From contig CAIZSE010000078.1 in the NCBI GenBank assembly GCA_903935585.1, positions 36,866 through 100,865 on the forward strand: 64,000 bases of DNA, given 5' to 3'. This document shows, one piece after another, positions 42,031 through 51,671 of the stretch. The position numbers and the translations under genes were made by a program. The stretch is from an uncultured Burkholderiales bacterium (GTDB lineage: Bacteria; Pseudomonadota; Gammaproteobacteria; Burkholderiales; Burkholderiaceae_C). The notes beneath the pieces were generated by a model. It was not told the origin of the DNA. It ran no database searches and was given only the letters and a program-made list of their open reading frames with translations. Within the stretch, counting starts at the first letter, position 1, and every line of letters starts with the position of its first letter.

Positions 42031-44076
42031 ATGCAACTCGATGAATTGGACAGCAAGTCGACTAAAGCTTTTGAGGGCTATGTGGTCAGGAAAGATTTGG
42101 TTCGTACGTTCAGTCGCCAATTTCCGGTGCCAACGTACGTGGTGGAGTTTTTACTCGGGCGTTATTGCGCGACGACGGATGAAGCTGAAATCCAAGAGGG
42201 CATTGAAATCGTCCAACGCCAGTTGAGCTCCAGAACTGTCAAAGCCGGAGAGGAAGAGCTGTTCAAGGCGCGGGCCCGTGAATCTGGTTCAGTCAAGATC
42301 ATTGACATCATCACGGCTCGTTTGGATTCCAAAACCGACTCTTACGTTGCCACCTTGCCCAGCTTACGTCTGAACGATGTGCGCTTGACACCAGAGATGG
42401 TCAAAGACAATGAGCGCATGCTGACGGGTGGTTTTTATGCGGAAATCACCTTGGAGTACGACGCCTCCATAGCTCAAGAAAAAGGTGGTCGTCCATTTGG
42501 CGTCGAGTCATTGCGTGCGATCCAGCTGTCGAAACGTGAAGTGTTGGATGTGCTGGCTAAGGGCCGTGAAAGCTTCACCACTGCTGAATGGCGCGACTTG
42601 TTGTTGCGCAGTGTGGGTTTTGAGCCTGCGACTTTGTCTGAACGGGCCAAGGATGCGCTGTTTCTGCGAATGGTTCCATTCGTTGAGCGCAATTACAACC
42701 TGGTGGAGTTGGGGCCGCGTGGCACTGGTAAATCTCACTTGTTTCAACAGGTTTCACCTTACGCTCATTTGATCTCTGGCGGCAAAGCCACAGTAGCGCG
42801 GATGTTTGTGAACAATTCCAATGGGCAACGTGGTCTTGTCTGCCAATACGACGTGGTTTGTTTTGATGAGGTATCCGGGGTTTCTTTTGACCAAAAGGAT
42901 GGCGTCAACATCATGAAGGGCTACATGGAGAGCGGTGAATTCTCTCGTGGCAAAGAAAGCATCCGTGCAGATGGTTCCATAGTGCTGGTAGGTAACTTCG
43001 ATGTGGATGTGGAGCACCAGCAACGGGTAGGTCACCTGTTTAGCCCACTGCCACCAGAAATGCGTGATGACACAGCGTTCATGGACCGCATCCACTGCTT
43101 CTTGCCAGGCTGGGATGTACCCAAGCTGAACCCGTCGTTGTTTACAGAACATTTCGGCTTGGTCAGCGACTTTTTGTCGGAATGCTTTACGCAGCTGAGA
43201 AACCAGAGTCGTGTTTCTTCACTTCAGGGGCAAGTATTTTGGGGTGGTGCGCTTTCTGGGCGTGACATCAATGGGGTGAATAAAACCGTTAGCGGCTTGC
43301 TGAAGCTGATGTATCCAGACGCCAACAGCAAGGTCTCGCCGGAAGACCTGGAGTGGGCAGTACGTCTGGCATTGGAAGTGCGTCGTCGCGTCAAAGAACA
43401 GCAAAAACGCATTGGCGCTGCCGAGTTCAGAAACACACATTTCAGCTACACCATAGGGACCGAGGGCGTAGAGAAGTTTGTTTCAACACCTGAGTTGCAA
43501 AGCCAAGGCGGTATCGGCGATGAACCATTGGAGTGTGGACAAGTTTGGACTATTTCCCCTGGCGGTCAAGATGAACATCCTGGTCTTTTCAGACTTGAGG
43601 TGAATGAGGGGCCTGGCAGTGGTGTGAGGGTTCTTAATAACCCTGTTCCTCAGGCATTCAAAGAATCGATTCGTTGCGCAGAGCAAAACCTCTATGCACG
43701 CGCCATGCAGCTGGTTGGCGACCGCGATCCGCGCTCGCATGAATTCTCTGTACAGCTACGTGGCTTTGATGCTGCAAAGTCCGGTTCAAAAACAGGCGTT
43801 GCTGCCCTCATCGCTTTGTCAGGTGCTTTGCTCAAAAAGTCAGTGCGAGGCGGATTGATTGTGGTCGGCGAAGTCACTCTTGGCGGCACTATTGAGCCGA
43901 TTCATAACGCAGTGTCATTGGCTGAAATTGCTATTGAGAAAGGGGCCAAGGCTTTATTGCTGCCGGTGTCTTGTCGCAAACAACTATTTGACCTTTCAGA
44001 TGAAATGGCGACAAAGCTGGACATTGAGTTCTACCAAGATGGACGGGATGCATTGTTGAAGTCGCTGGCTGAATGA
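42031..44076 (+). CDS. brxL: BREX AAA+/Lon-like protein BrxL
   Basis: FPVPTYVVEFLLG, ELGPRGTGKSH Walker A, VCFDEV Walker B, C-terminal Lon-like domain (GEVTLGG). Confidence 0.9.
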   Translation: MQLDELDSKSTKAFEGYVVRKDLVRTFSRQFPVPTYVVEFLLGRYCATTDEAEIQEGIEIVQRQLSSRTVKAGEEELFKARARESGSVKIIDIITARLDSKTDSYVATLPSLRLNDVRLTPEMVKDNERMLTGGFYAEITLEYDASIAQEKGGRPFGVESLRAIQLSKREVLDVLAKGRESFTTAEWRDLLLRSVGFEPATLSERAKDALFLRMVPFVERNYNLVELGPRGTGKSHLFQQVSPYAHLISGGKATVARMFVNNSNGQRGLVCQYDVVCFDEVSGVSFDQKDGVNIMKGYMESGEFSRGKESIRADGSIVLVGNFDVDVEHQQRVGHLFSPLPPEMRDDTAFMDRIHCFLPGWDVPKLNPSLFTEHFGLVSDFLSECFTQLRNQSRVSSLQGQVFWGGALSGRDINGVNKTVSGLLKLMYPDANSKVSPEDLEWAVRLALEVRRRVKEQQKRIGAAEFRNTHFSYTIGTEGVEKFVSTPELQSQGGIGDEPLECGQVWTISPGGQDEHPGLFRLEVNEGPGSGVRVLNNPVPQAFKESIRCAEQNLYARAMQLVGDRDPRSHEFSVQLRGFDAAKSGSKTGVAALIALSGALLKKSVRGGLIVVGEVTLGGTIEPIHNAVSLAEIAIEKGAKALLLPVSCRKQLFDLSDEMATKLDIEFYQDGRDALLKSLAE

Positions 44077-44122
44077 TTCGGATTCATGGTTTAGAGCTTT
44101 TTTGAATGTCAAGAGGTTCCAT

Positions 44123-45271
44123 ATGCAATGGATGATTTCGATCAATCAGCTGGGCGCTCAACAAGCCCGTATTTTGGATGATGTGTCCAAGGATGACACA
44201 CGGACGCATTGGATTGCAGGGTATGCGGGAACTGGTAAGACGGTTGTTATCACGCACCTGATAGAGCGCATGATTTCGAGAACTCGCAGTCCCTATATTT
44301 GCTTTTTGACTTACACCCATGCCCTCAAAGATCTTGTCCATTCCGGGCTTAGTCAGAGGGCGCTGGCGCGCGTGACGATCCAAACAGTCGATACTTTTTT
44401 GACGACTCGAGAAAATTTCGATTACATCCTTGTGGATGAAATTCAAGATATCAAAGAAGATGTAATCGGTAGGATTTTTGCTCGAGCAAAACATGTTGTG
44501 GCAGCCGGTGATCCGGATCAATCCATTTATCTTGGGCGAGTGGATCCAGCCAACTTACGCCGTCTCCTAGGGGGCGCACGCAAACATACGTTGAAGCATA
44601 TTCAACGGCTTACATTGAAAAACTATCAGTTGGCGACCGCCATACTGCCTGAGGCTGAAATCGTAAGAGGTGCAGAGGTCAGGGGCGATGGCAACAATGC
44701 CCGCGTAATAAAAGGAACCAGTAAAAGGGACGAATTCGCCAAGGTTTACGCAGAGGCGTTTCGTGTTTCCTCTATCGAGCAACCAAGTGCCATTCTTTTC
44801 CCTTTTCACGAGCAAATTCATGAATTTGCATCCGTGATTTCGGGCGCTAATGGTTGGGGTAGCCCGCCTGAACGCGAGAAAACTGGACGTGTCACGAGTT
44901 ACGAAGCATTCAACGATTTCTTTACACGCAAAGGATCACCTTTGAGGTTTCTTGGCAGCAACAATGGATCCTTGCCAGAAAGTGACTCAGCTCGACTGGT
45001 CTATCTCATGACTTATCACAGCGCAAAAGGGCTGGACTTCAACAATGTTTTCTTGCCCGACCTCACTGATGACGTAAAGCTTGATGCCAAAGATCGCCGC
45101 TTTAGTAATGGCGACAACGAGCGTCGCCACTTTTTCGTGGCAATCACACGCAGCAAAGAAAATTTGTACCTTTCATATCACGGCACCAAGCATCACTTGC
45201 TGGATTTGTTGCCGGACGAATGCCTTGAAGACTTTGTTGCGCCACGTTCAACATTCCGACGTCCTGCCTAA
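44123..45271 (+). CDS. Compact SF1 (UvrD-like) helicase
   Basis: GYAGTGKT, LVDEIQD, AGDPDQSIY, YHSAKGLDF, FVAITRSK; GAGG RBS before ATG 44123. Confidence 0.82.
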   Translation: MQWMISINQLGAQQARILDDVSKDDTRTHWIAGYAGTGKTVVITHLIERMISRTRSPYICFLTYTHALKDLVHSGLSQRALARVTIQTVDTFLTTRENFDYILVDEIQDIKEDVIGRIFARAKHVVAAGDPDQSIYLGRVDPANLRRLLGGARKHTLKHIQRLTLKNYQLATAILPEAEIVRGAEVRGDGNNARVIKGTSKRDEFAKVYAEAFRVSSIEQPSAILFPFHEQIHEFASVISGANGWGSPPEREKTGRVTSYEAFNDFFTRKGSPLRFLGSNNGSLPESDSARLVYLMTYHSAKGLDFNNVFLPDLTDDVKLDAKDRRFSNGDNERRHFFVAITRSKENLYLSYHGTKHHLLDLLPDECLEDFVAPRSTFRRPA

Positions 45272-45274
45272 AGT

Positions 45275-46384
45275 ATGAACAGCTTTACATGCCTAACAGC
45301 CAGTGAATGGAGAAACCTCTGTTCCATGGGCAGAATCCGCATTCACGAATCTAGAGCCGCATCAGGTCAATTGAACCCCGATTTCTTTGATGTTCTATTT
45401 GCCTTAGCTCCAGACAGGTTCGCTTTGGGAGACACTTCGGACTTCCTGGTTGTTGAATTCATACAGCTTCAGCAAAAAATTGATGGTCATCATCCCCCCG
45501 GTTTTAATCAAGGCGTCTTTTGGCTGTTGCTAGATCAGGTTGTTCAATTTTTCCCAATCAAGTCTGATGACGCCTGGACATTTGAAGGTGATGCAGACAA
45601 AGCTCGTGTTGCGATCAGTGCAGCAGTTTTCGAGCCCCAATGGGTTGAGTGGTCCAAAAATCAAATGGTGAACCAGGCATGTATGAATGGCTTGTCTTTA
45701 TGTCGAAGCTTTGGTCTAGGCAATGGCACATCTATTGATGAAAGCGAGCTTTCTCATTGGCGTGGACTGGCTTTGCGCTCATGTTACCCATCTGCGCCTG
45801 GACTCGGATTTGAGGACATCCAGGAGCTTCTCCTCAAAAGTACAGAGTGTCTGTTTGACTTGGTGAGAGAAGATTCAGCAAATGGGTCGATTTTTATCTC
45901 TGGACCAATCGAATGGATCAACCTTCGATCCAATACCAATTTTCTTGAGAATGATCTCGATTTGGCCGAACAAGCTCAAGGACTTCACGAAAAATATTGG
46001 AGTCATGCATTTGACCCATGTCTTGCTGACTCTGAAGACATTACCCTGTTCTCGAGCTCATTGAAAGGAAAGTTTCCGAATATGTTTCCGGGACCTTGGT
46101 CCCCTGAGCTGATTGCGCTTTATGTGCGCTACAGCCACTTGATTAAATTCGGTTCAGTGCCACCCGAGGAGATCATCGCTGCTGTGAACGCAATCAGGAA
46201 ACCGGATGACCAAAGTTCGGCTCAACTGCTTGCATTTTTAATTGGTGTCTCACTTGGAGCCAATAAAGTTCATGCCCTTGATCGCTTACTGCACCCTCTA
46301 AGTTTCAAGGTTGCAATGTCAAATGTAGACACGGCACAAGTTTCTGGCCCAATAAGTACGGTCAATTCATTGCAAACCCTATAG
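45275..46384 (+). CDS. Hypothetical protein coupled to the helicase
   Basis: 369 aa, starts 3 nt after the helicase stop; AT-rich. Confidence 0.7.
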   Translation: MNSFTCLTASEWRNLCSMGRIRIHESRAASGQLNPDFFDVLFALAPDRFALGDTSDFLVVEFIQLQQKIDGHHPPGFNQGVFWLLLDQVVQFFPIKSDDAWTFEGDADKARVAISAAVFEPQWVEWSKNQMVNQACMNGLSLCRSFGLGNGTSIDESELSHWRGLALRSCYPSAPGLGFEDIQELLLKSTECLFDLVREDSANGSIFISGPIEWINLRSNTNFLENDLDLAEQAQGLHEKYWSHAFDPCLADSEDITLFSSSLKGKFPNMFPGPWSPELIALYVRYSHLIKFGSVPPEEIIAAVNAIRKPDDQSSAQLLAFLIGVSLGANKVHALDRLLHPLSFKVAMSNVDTAQVSGPISTVNSLQTL

Positions 46385-46435
46385 TTTGCATTTCGATTCG
46401 TATCCGACCTAACTGAAACCAAAATATCCGAAGCA

Positions 46436-46807
46436 TTAACGCCCAATGATGGTCAAACCGTTCCCATAAGGGTTGTTTGGACTGTCTTGGTTGTATCTGC
46501 TTCCTGCGCCATATGGGTTGTTGATGCTGTCCGTCGAATACTGACTTCCGTAACGGCCATAGGGATTGGCGACGCTGTTGGCGTCATAAGGGTTGGCATT
46601 CAGGTTGCCTCGAAACTGGCCTTGGCTATTGAACAACTGCGGGCTGTTACTGCTGTTGCCATAAGGGTTATTAAATGTGTTCGCAGGCTGTGGCGGTGCC
46701 TTGGGCAAATAGGGGTTGGCGCTCAGGTTGCCCAGATAGGTCTGGGCAGTTGCGTTGGTGACAAGTGTTATGGCCACGACAGCCAGAGTGATCAAATGTT
46801 TTTTCAT
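46436..46807 (-). CDS. Small secreted protein with NPY(G) repeats
   Basis: MKKHLITLAVVAITLVTNATA signal-peptide-like start; NPY occurs six times. Confidence 0.75.
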   Translation of the reverse strand: MKKHLITLAVVAITLVTNATAQTYLGNLSANPYLPKAPPQPANTFNNPYGNSSNSPQLFNSQGQFRGNLNANPYDANSVANPYGRYGSQYSTDSINNPYGAGSRYNQDSPNNPYGNGLTIIGR

Positions 46808-46870
46808 GATGAGCCTGCAGGATATTGTTCAAGTGTTCAAAGGGCGAGCGTTAGATCTTCTTACATGCGT

Positions 46871-46887
46871 GGCTCACCAGGCGAGCC
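46871..46887. promoter_or_regulatory. GGCTCA-N5-TGAGCC-type palindrome, copy 2
   Basis: GGCTCA-CCAGG-CGAGCC in a divergent intergenic region; TACGAT 10 nt to the right. Confidence 0.62.
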
Positions 46888-47012
46888 TTTAGTTGGCTAC
46901 GATTCGGCAAACAGAGACGCCAAAACGAACACATCAGGCGAACACTTTGCAGGGGCTAGGCAATGGAGCCAGCCCTGGCGTATTGACAAGCCGAACAGAC
47001 AAGGACCATGAG

Positions 47013-47318
47013 ATGCTGAATACCGAAACCGTTGATCTGGACATGGGCATTTTGATGAGCACTATGGCCGAGGACACAGCCAAGTTCGCCCCAGAAAAGC
47101 GTGCCCACTTCATGCACGTTTTACGCGCCTTGGTGGACTGCTATTCGTCCGATTCCAAGCAGGGAATTGTCTTACTCCGGGATAGCGCATCAGATTCTGA
47201 GACTATGACACTGATGGCCATCAACGCCGATCCATCTCAAGCCGATGACATGATCGATACGCTGTGCCAACTGCGTGGTATGGGCACTGATCACAGTGCT
47301 GGTGGAGCCGTCAATTGA
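47013..47318 (+). CDS. Hypothetical protein
   Basis: 101 aa from ATG 47013 after AGGA; upstream of DUF2779. Confidence 0.55.
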   Translation: MLNTETVDLDMGILMSTMAEDTAKFAPEKRAHFMHVLRALVDCYSSDSKQGIVLLRDSASDSETMTLMAINADPSQADDMIDTLCQLRGMGTDHSAGGAVN

Positions 47319-47340
47319 TGGCGTGAGATAGAAAATACCG

Positions 47341-49287
47341 ATGCGATACCTCACCAAATCACGGTTCAAATTGGCCGTGGAATGCCCGACCAAGCTTTTC
47401 TACACCGGTAAGCCCAAGATCTACCGGGACAACAAGCAAGAGGACAGTTTTCTGCAGATGTTGGCCGAAGGGGGCTACCAAGTGGGCGAGCTGGCCAAGT
47501 GCCAATACCCTGACGGGGTTGAGGTTGAAGCCACTGATCATGCAGGCGCTTTGGCGCAAACAGCGCTGTTGTTGCAACAAGATCGAGCGGTTGTGTTCGA
47601 AGCTGCCATTGCCTTTGGCAACTTCTTTGTGCGCGTGGACATCTTGGTCAAAGACGGCAACCGGTACGAGCTGATCGAGGTAAAAGCCAAGTCTTATGAC
47701 AGCACTCGCCTCGACATCGCTGGCAGCCGCGTGCCCATCAAGTCAGGTATGCGTCCTTATATTGAAGACGTCGCTTTTCAGGCTTGGGTCATGCGCCAAG
47801 CGTATCCAGGCGATGAGATCAGCACTTTTTTGATGATGCCCGACAAGTCAGTCAAGGCGACACAAGACCGCTTGAACCAGCTTTTCAAGATCGTCAGGGA
47901 CGGCAAGAAGGTTAGGGTGACCCGATCAGCCGATGCAGCCAACTTCGCCCCTCAGACGAATCTTTTGGCCAAGGTACCCGTGGAGGAGTTTGTGGAGATG
48001 GTTTACAAACATGGCGTGGGGACCAACGGCTTTCTGCAACCTCTGGACCAGGCGGCCAATGACTGGGCCAAAGCCTATGCCGATGACCACAAAATCACGC
48101 CTTTGCCAGGTGCAAAGTGCAGCAGCTGCGAGTTCAAGGCCAAAAGCGACGATGAACTGCAAAGCGGATTCCATGAGTGCTGGTCTCAGGCCTATGGCTT
48201 CACTGCCCAGGATTTCGCCCAAGGCACGGTGTTGGACTTGTGGAATTTCCGGAAGAAAGACGACTTGATCTCGCAAGGGCGGATACGCCTATCAGCCGTG
48301 CAGCCAGGAGACATCGATGTCAAAGACGGCGGAGAAATTTTGACGGTCAGCGAGCGCCAGTGGATGCAGGCCAAAGGCATACCCCCAGATGAAGACCGGG
48401 GCGGGTACTGGCTGGCCGAGGCGTACATGCGCAGAGAAATGGCATCTTGGCGCTTTCCGTACCATTTCATCGACTTTGAGACCAGTGCGGTAGCCATTCC
48501 GTTTCACCAAGGCATGCGGCCTTATGAGCAGGTGGCCTTTCAGTATTCCCACCATTTGATGCACGAAGATGGGCGCGTCGAGCACAAGGGTCAGTTTTTG
48601 CTGGCCGAGCCTGGGGTGTTTCCAAACTTCGAATTTGCCCGCGCCCTGAAGGCAGAGCTGGAAGGGGACTCTGGCACGGTGTTCATGTGGAGCCACCATG
48701 AAAACACGATCTTGAACCGGATCATGGTGCAGCTCGATGAAAGCCTGAGCCCGCCAGCTGATGCGGATGAGCTGAAGGTCTTCTTGGAGTCTTTGATTAA
48801 GTCTGGCGAGCGAGCCATGTACGACCTGTGCGATTTGGCCAAGGCCGCTTACTTTCATGTGAGCACCAAGGGCAGTGTCTCCATCAAGAAGGTGCTGCCC
48901 GCCATGCTGGCCAGCAATGCTTGGCTACGGCAGCACTATGCCCAGCCAATCTATGGCGCAGAGGGCGGAATGCCCAGCCTCAATTACAAGGATTTCTCAT
49001 GGCTGCCCACCGACGATCACGGCCAGAGCATCGATGACCCCTATGAAATCCTGCGCGACTTGGGCGCTGAGATGCTGGGTGAATCACTGCCAACAGGTCA
49101 GGACCCGGATGATCTGGTCATCGCTGAAGGTGGTGCCGCCGCAACGGCCTATTCACGGCTCCAGTTTGAAGACCTGCAGGACGCGCAAAGGGAAAAAATC
49201 AAGCAAGCTCTGCTGCGTTACTGTGAGTTGGACACCCTGGCGATGGTGATGGTGGTGCAGGGGTGGCAGCAAGAGATCCAATATTGA
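47341..49287 (+). CDS. DUF2779-domain protein (N-terminal PD-(D/E)XK/RecB-like plus C-terminal RNase H-like domain)
   Basis: YLTKSRFKLAVECP, RVDIL...LIEVKAK, HFIDFET, YEQVAFQYSHH, YCELDTLAM. Confidence 0.8.
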   Translation: MRYLTKSRFKLAVECPTKLFYTGKPKIYRDNKQEDSFLQMLAEGGYQVGELAKCQYPDGVEVEATDHAGALAQTALLLQQDRAVVFEAAIAFGNFFVRVDILVKDGNRYELIEVKAKSYDSTRLDIAGSRVPIKSGMRPYIEDVAFQAWVMRQAYPGDEISTFLMMPDKSVKATQDRLNQLFKIVRDGKKVRVTRSADAANFAPQTNLLAKVPVEEFVEMVYKHGVGTNGFLQPLDQAANDWAKAYADDHKITPLPGAKCSSCEFKAKSDDELQSGFHECWSQAYGFTAQDFAQGTVLDLWNFRKKDDLISQGRIRLSAVQPGDIDVKDGGEILTVSERQWMQAKGIPPDEDRGGYWLAEAYMRREMASWRFPYHFIDFETSAVAIPFHQGMRPYEQVAFQYSHHLMHEDGRVEHKGQFLLAEPGVFPNFEFARALKAELEGDSGTVFMWSHHENTILNRIMVQLDESLSPPADADELKVFLESLIKSGERAMYDLCDLAKAAYFHVSTKGSVSIKKVLPAMLASNAWLRQHYAQPIYGAEGGMPSLNYKDFSWLPTDDHGQSIDDPYEILRDLGAEMLGESLPTGQDPDDLVIAEGGAAATAYSRLQFEDLQDAQREKIKQALLRYCELDTLAMVMVVQGWQQEIQY

Positions 49288-49348
49288 GCGGTATGGATAC
49301 TTGGCTCGATAAATCCAAATCAATCAGAATATTTTTGGAAAGAATTTG

Positions 49349-49900
49349 ATGGCTACGAAAATACCCAAAAAAGTTCAACTGTTAATTGATGATGCCATTA
49401 GGCATCTTTGGGATCCAAAATTCCCGAAGCCTGATTTGTCTTTACTTTCAGAATGGTTGGTGGATGAAGCATGGGACAACGTGGTCAATGGGATTTGGGG
49501 TGGCTATATTGACCGTGATCGTTTGGTTGAATTCCTTGATGACGCAACAATGATGGATTACATCGATGTCGATGAAGGAAATGGCATCACTGATCAGATC
49601 AGAATTGATTTCGCTCGAGGTCGCCTAGATTCCCTCTTAGAAGAGACTATGTGTTCCATTCATGCGATTGATGTCACTTCAAAGGCAATGCCACCGGCAT
49701 CGCTTTGCTTGATGATGTATTACCACGGGCAGGGAGGGGCGAGCTTTTACGATATGACTGTATGTCATTCGATAGAGGATTACCTCGCTTCACTAAAGCA
49801 TGAGAACATCTTGGCAAATGGCGATTTAAGTGATGACGAATTATTGAAGCTTTGGAGAAAACCCAAGGCTCCGCGAAAGCCAAAGTCAAAATTGTCGTGA
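49349..49900 (+). CDS. Hypothetical acidic protein (AT-rich)
   Basis: 183 aa from ATG 49349; no motif recognised. Confidence 0.6.
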   Translation: MATKIPKKVQLLIDDAIRHLWDPKFPKPDLSLLSEWLVDEAWDNVVNGIWGGYIDRDRLVEFLDDATMMDYIDVDEGNGITDQIRIDFARGRLDSLLEETMCSIHAIDVTSKAMPPASLCLMMYYHGQGGASFYDMTVCHSIEDYLASLKHENILANGDLSDDELLKLWRKPKAPRKPKSKLS

Positions 49901-49932
49901 CCGCAACTTTGATCATTGCGACGTGCGGTCTT

Positions 49933-51567
49933 TTAAAGTATCTCGTTTAACGCCAGTGCCGCTCGCTCGCTGAGCACAACATCCACCCGCATTTGAGCGC
50001 GAGTGAGGCCAACAAAGAGTTTGCGTTTGTCGCGCTCGGTCAGGGTTTCAAAATCGACTTCGCACAGCACCACGGCCGGGGCGCTTTGGCCTTTGAAGCG
50101 GTAAAGGCTTTCGGCCAGCAGCGGACCTTCGCTCCACTGCGCGTTGCCCGCGCTGTCGTATTGGCCCGTGAAGCGCCGTGTGGCTTGTCCGCCCAAGCGG
50201 TCTTGGCGCAGCGCTTCAGACTGCTGTACACCCCGGTAGCTGATGACAGCGACTTGGTCTGGGATGTAGCCGCTTTGCCATAACTTGGCTAAGCATTCGT
50301 TTAGTTTGCCCTGTGCACTGCTTTGACCAGCTTCCCAAATATGAAAATACGGCATTTCGCCAGCGTGCGCGCTGCGTGCCAGTACGGGCTCGGGTGTCAG
50401 GCCCAGTTTGTTGATCATGTGCACAACGCGCTGTGGGCTGCGGAAGTTGTCCATGCAGCGCACTTGCACAGCGTTACCTAATGAAAATGGTTCGCGCTCG
50501 TAAAGCTGTTGCTGGCTGTCGCCCATAACGTACAGCTGGCCGGTCGGCTTCAAGGATTGTGTGAGGGCATCGACCCAGTCCAGGTTCAGGTCTTGTGACT
50601 CGTCCAGGATCAGCAGGTCCAGGCGGGCAGGGAGGGCCGCTGCGTCCTGCAGGTATTGTTGGGTGATGCGCTCGAAAACCGTGGGGTCTGCAAAGTCCAA
50701 ACTGAGGCCTTGCCTCTCAGCGTGGTCACGGCACAGTTGATGAAAGGTGGTGACTTCGCATCGGGCTGGTGCCAAGCGTGAAAGGTGATCGGCCAGTGGT
50801 CGGTTAAAGCACACATAACGGGCCTTGCGGCCTTGAGCGGCTGCTTGAGCAAGCAATGCCAGAGCCAATTGTGTTTTGCCCGAACCGGCCGTGGCTTCGA
50901 TTTGATAAAGCTGCTCAGCGTGGGTGATGCGCGGCACCCAAGTGGCAAGTCCGCTGGCCAGCTGGGTGGTGGCTTGCTGCACTTGGCCAATGTGGGTGGC
51001 GACATCGGGGAGTACCTCAAAGCGGTTGGCCAAAAAGTCCAGCACACGCTGGCGTTGGTCCGCTGGCAGGGTTTGAGGGGGAAAGCTTGCCGTGATGCGC
51101 TGGCAAAGTTGGTCAATTTGGCTTGCATCGACCAGGCGTTCTGGCGGGTAGCTGACACTTGCACTTTGGATTTTGTGGTCCGGCAAAACCAACATGGCGC
51201 CCACATGGACTTGGGGCAAGTCACTGCTGTCGATGCGTTGTAACAAACTCGAATGCATGCGACGCATTTGGTAGCCGATGTCTTTGGGACCATGGCGTCC
51301 GTAGTTCTTGGTCAGGCCATCGTCGCTTTCGGTCACGTCTCCTGACTTGATTTCCAGGATCAGCAGTTGCCCTCCGGGCGATACGATCACAAAGTCGTAT
51401 TCGCCGAAGCTTTGCTGCTCACCTTGCATGCCTGACCAGGGCAGGTTATGGAAAACATCAAAGCGGTTGTCCAGACCGTTCTCTAACATTCTGAGGATGT
51501 CGCGTTCGCGGTAAGCACCCAGATGGGTGGGTACATGAAGGGGAAAACTGGGGTGAATGCGGGCCAT
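49933..51567 (-). CDS. NERD (PD-(D/E)XK) nuclease fused to SF1 helicase
   Basis: GEYDFVIV...LILEIKSG, ATAGSGKT, LILDESQD, GDSQQQLY, RFKGQS, VGLTRA; ATG 51567 chosen. Confidence 0.85.
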   Translation of the reverse strand: MARIHPSFPLHVPTHLGAYRERDILRMLENGLDNRFDVFHNLPWSGMQGEQQSFGEYDFVIVSPGGQLLILEIKSGDVTESDDGLTKNYGRHGPKDIGYQMRRMHSSLLQRIDSSDLPQVHVGAMLVLPDHKIQSASVSYPPERLVDASQIDQLCQRITASFPPQTLPADQRQRVLDFLANRFEVLPDVATHIGQVQQATTQLASGLATWVPRITHAEQLYQIEATAGSGKTQLALALLAQAAAQGRKARYVCFNRPLADHLSRLAPARCEVTTFHQLCRDHAERQGLSLDFADPTVFERITQQYLQDAAALPARLDLLILDESQDLNLDWVDALTQSLKPTGQLYVMGDSQQQLYEREPFSLGNAVQVRCMDNFRSPQRVVHMINKLGLTPEPVLARSAHAGEMPYFHIWEAGQSSAQGKLNECLAKLWQSGYIPDQVAVISYRGVQQSEALRQDRLGGQATRRFTGQYDSAGNAQWSEGPLLAESLYRFKGQSAPAVVLCEVDFETLTERDKRKLFVGLTRAQMRVDVVLSERAALALNEIL

Positions 51568-51614
51568 AGCCAATTTTGGCACGCTAAGTTGAGCAAACAA
51601 GTTCTCTCCAACGT

Positions 51615-51631
51615 GGCTCACGCCTTGAGCC
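51615..51631. promoter_or_regulatory. GGCTCA-N5-TGAGCC palindrome, copy 3 (perfect)
   Basis: GGCTCA-CGCCT-TGAGCC centred between the divergent NERD-helicase and macro genes. Confidence 0.7.
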
Positions 51632-51671
51632 TCTCTTTGGTCAAGATTCTGTCGTTCACAGGAGTTAACCC

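Noticed and set aside
43500-44076. BrxL Lon-like domain lacks the Lon PSAG Ser and catalytic Lys pattern (reads KSGSKTG and GGTIEP)
   Set aside because: A non-proteolytic Lon-like domain is, as far as I recall, normal for BrxL; not novel
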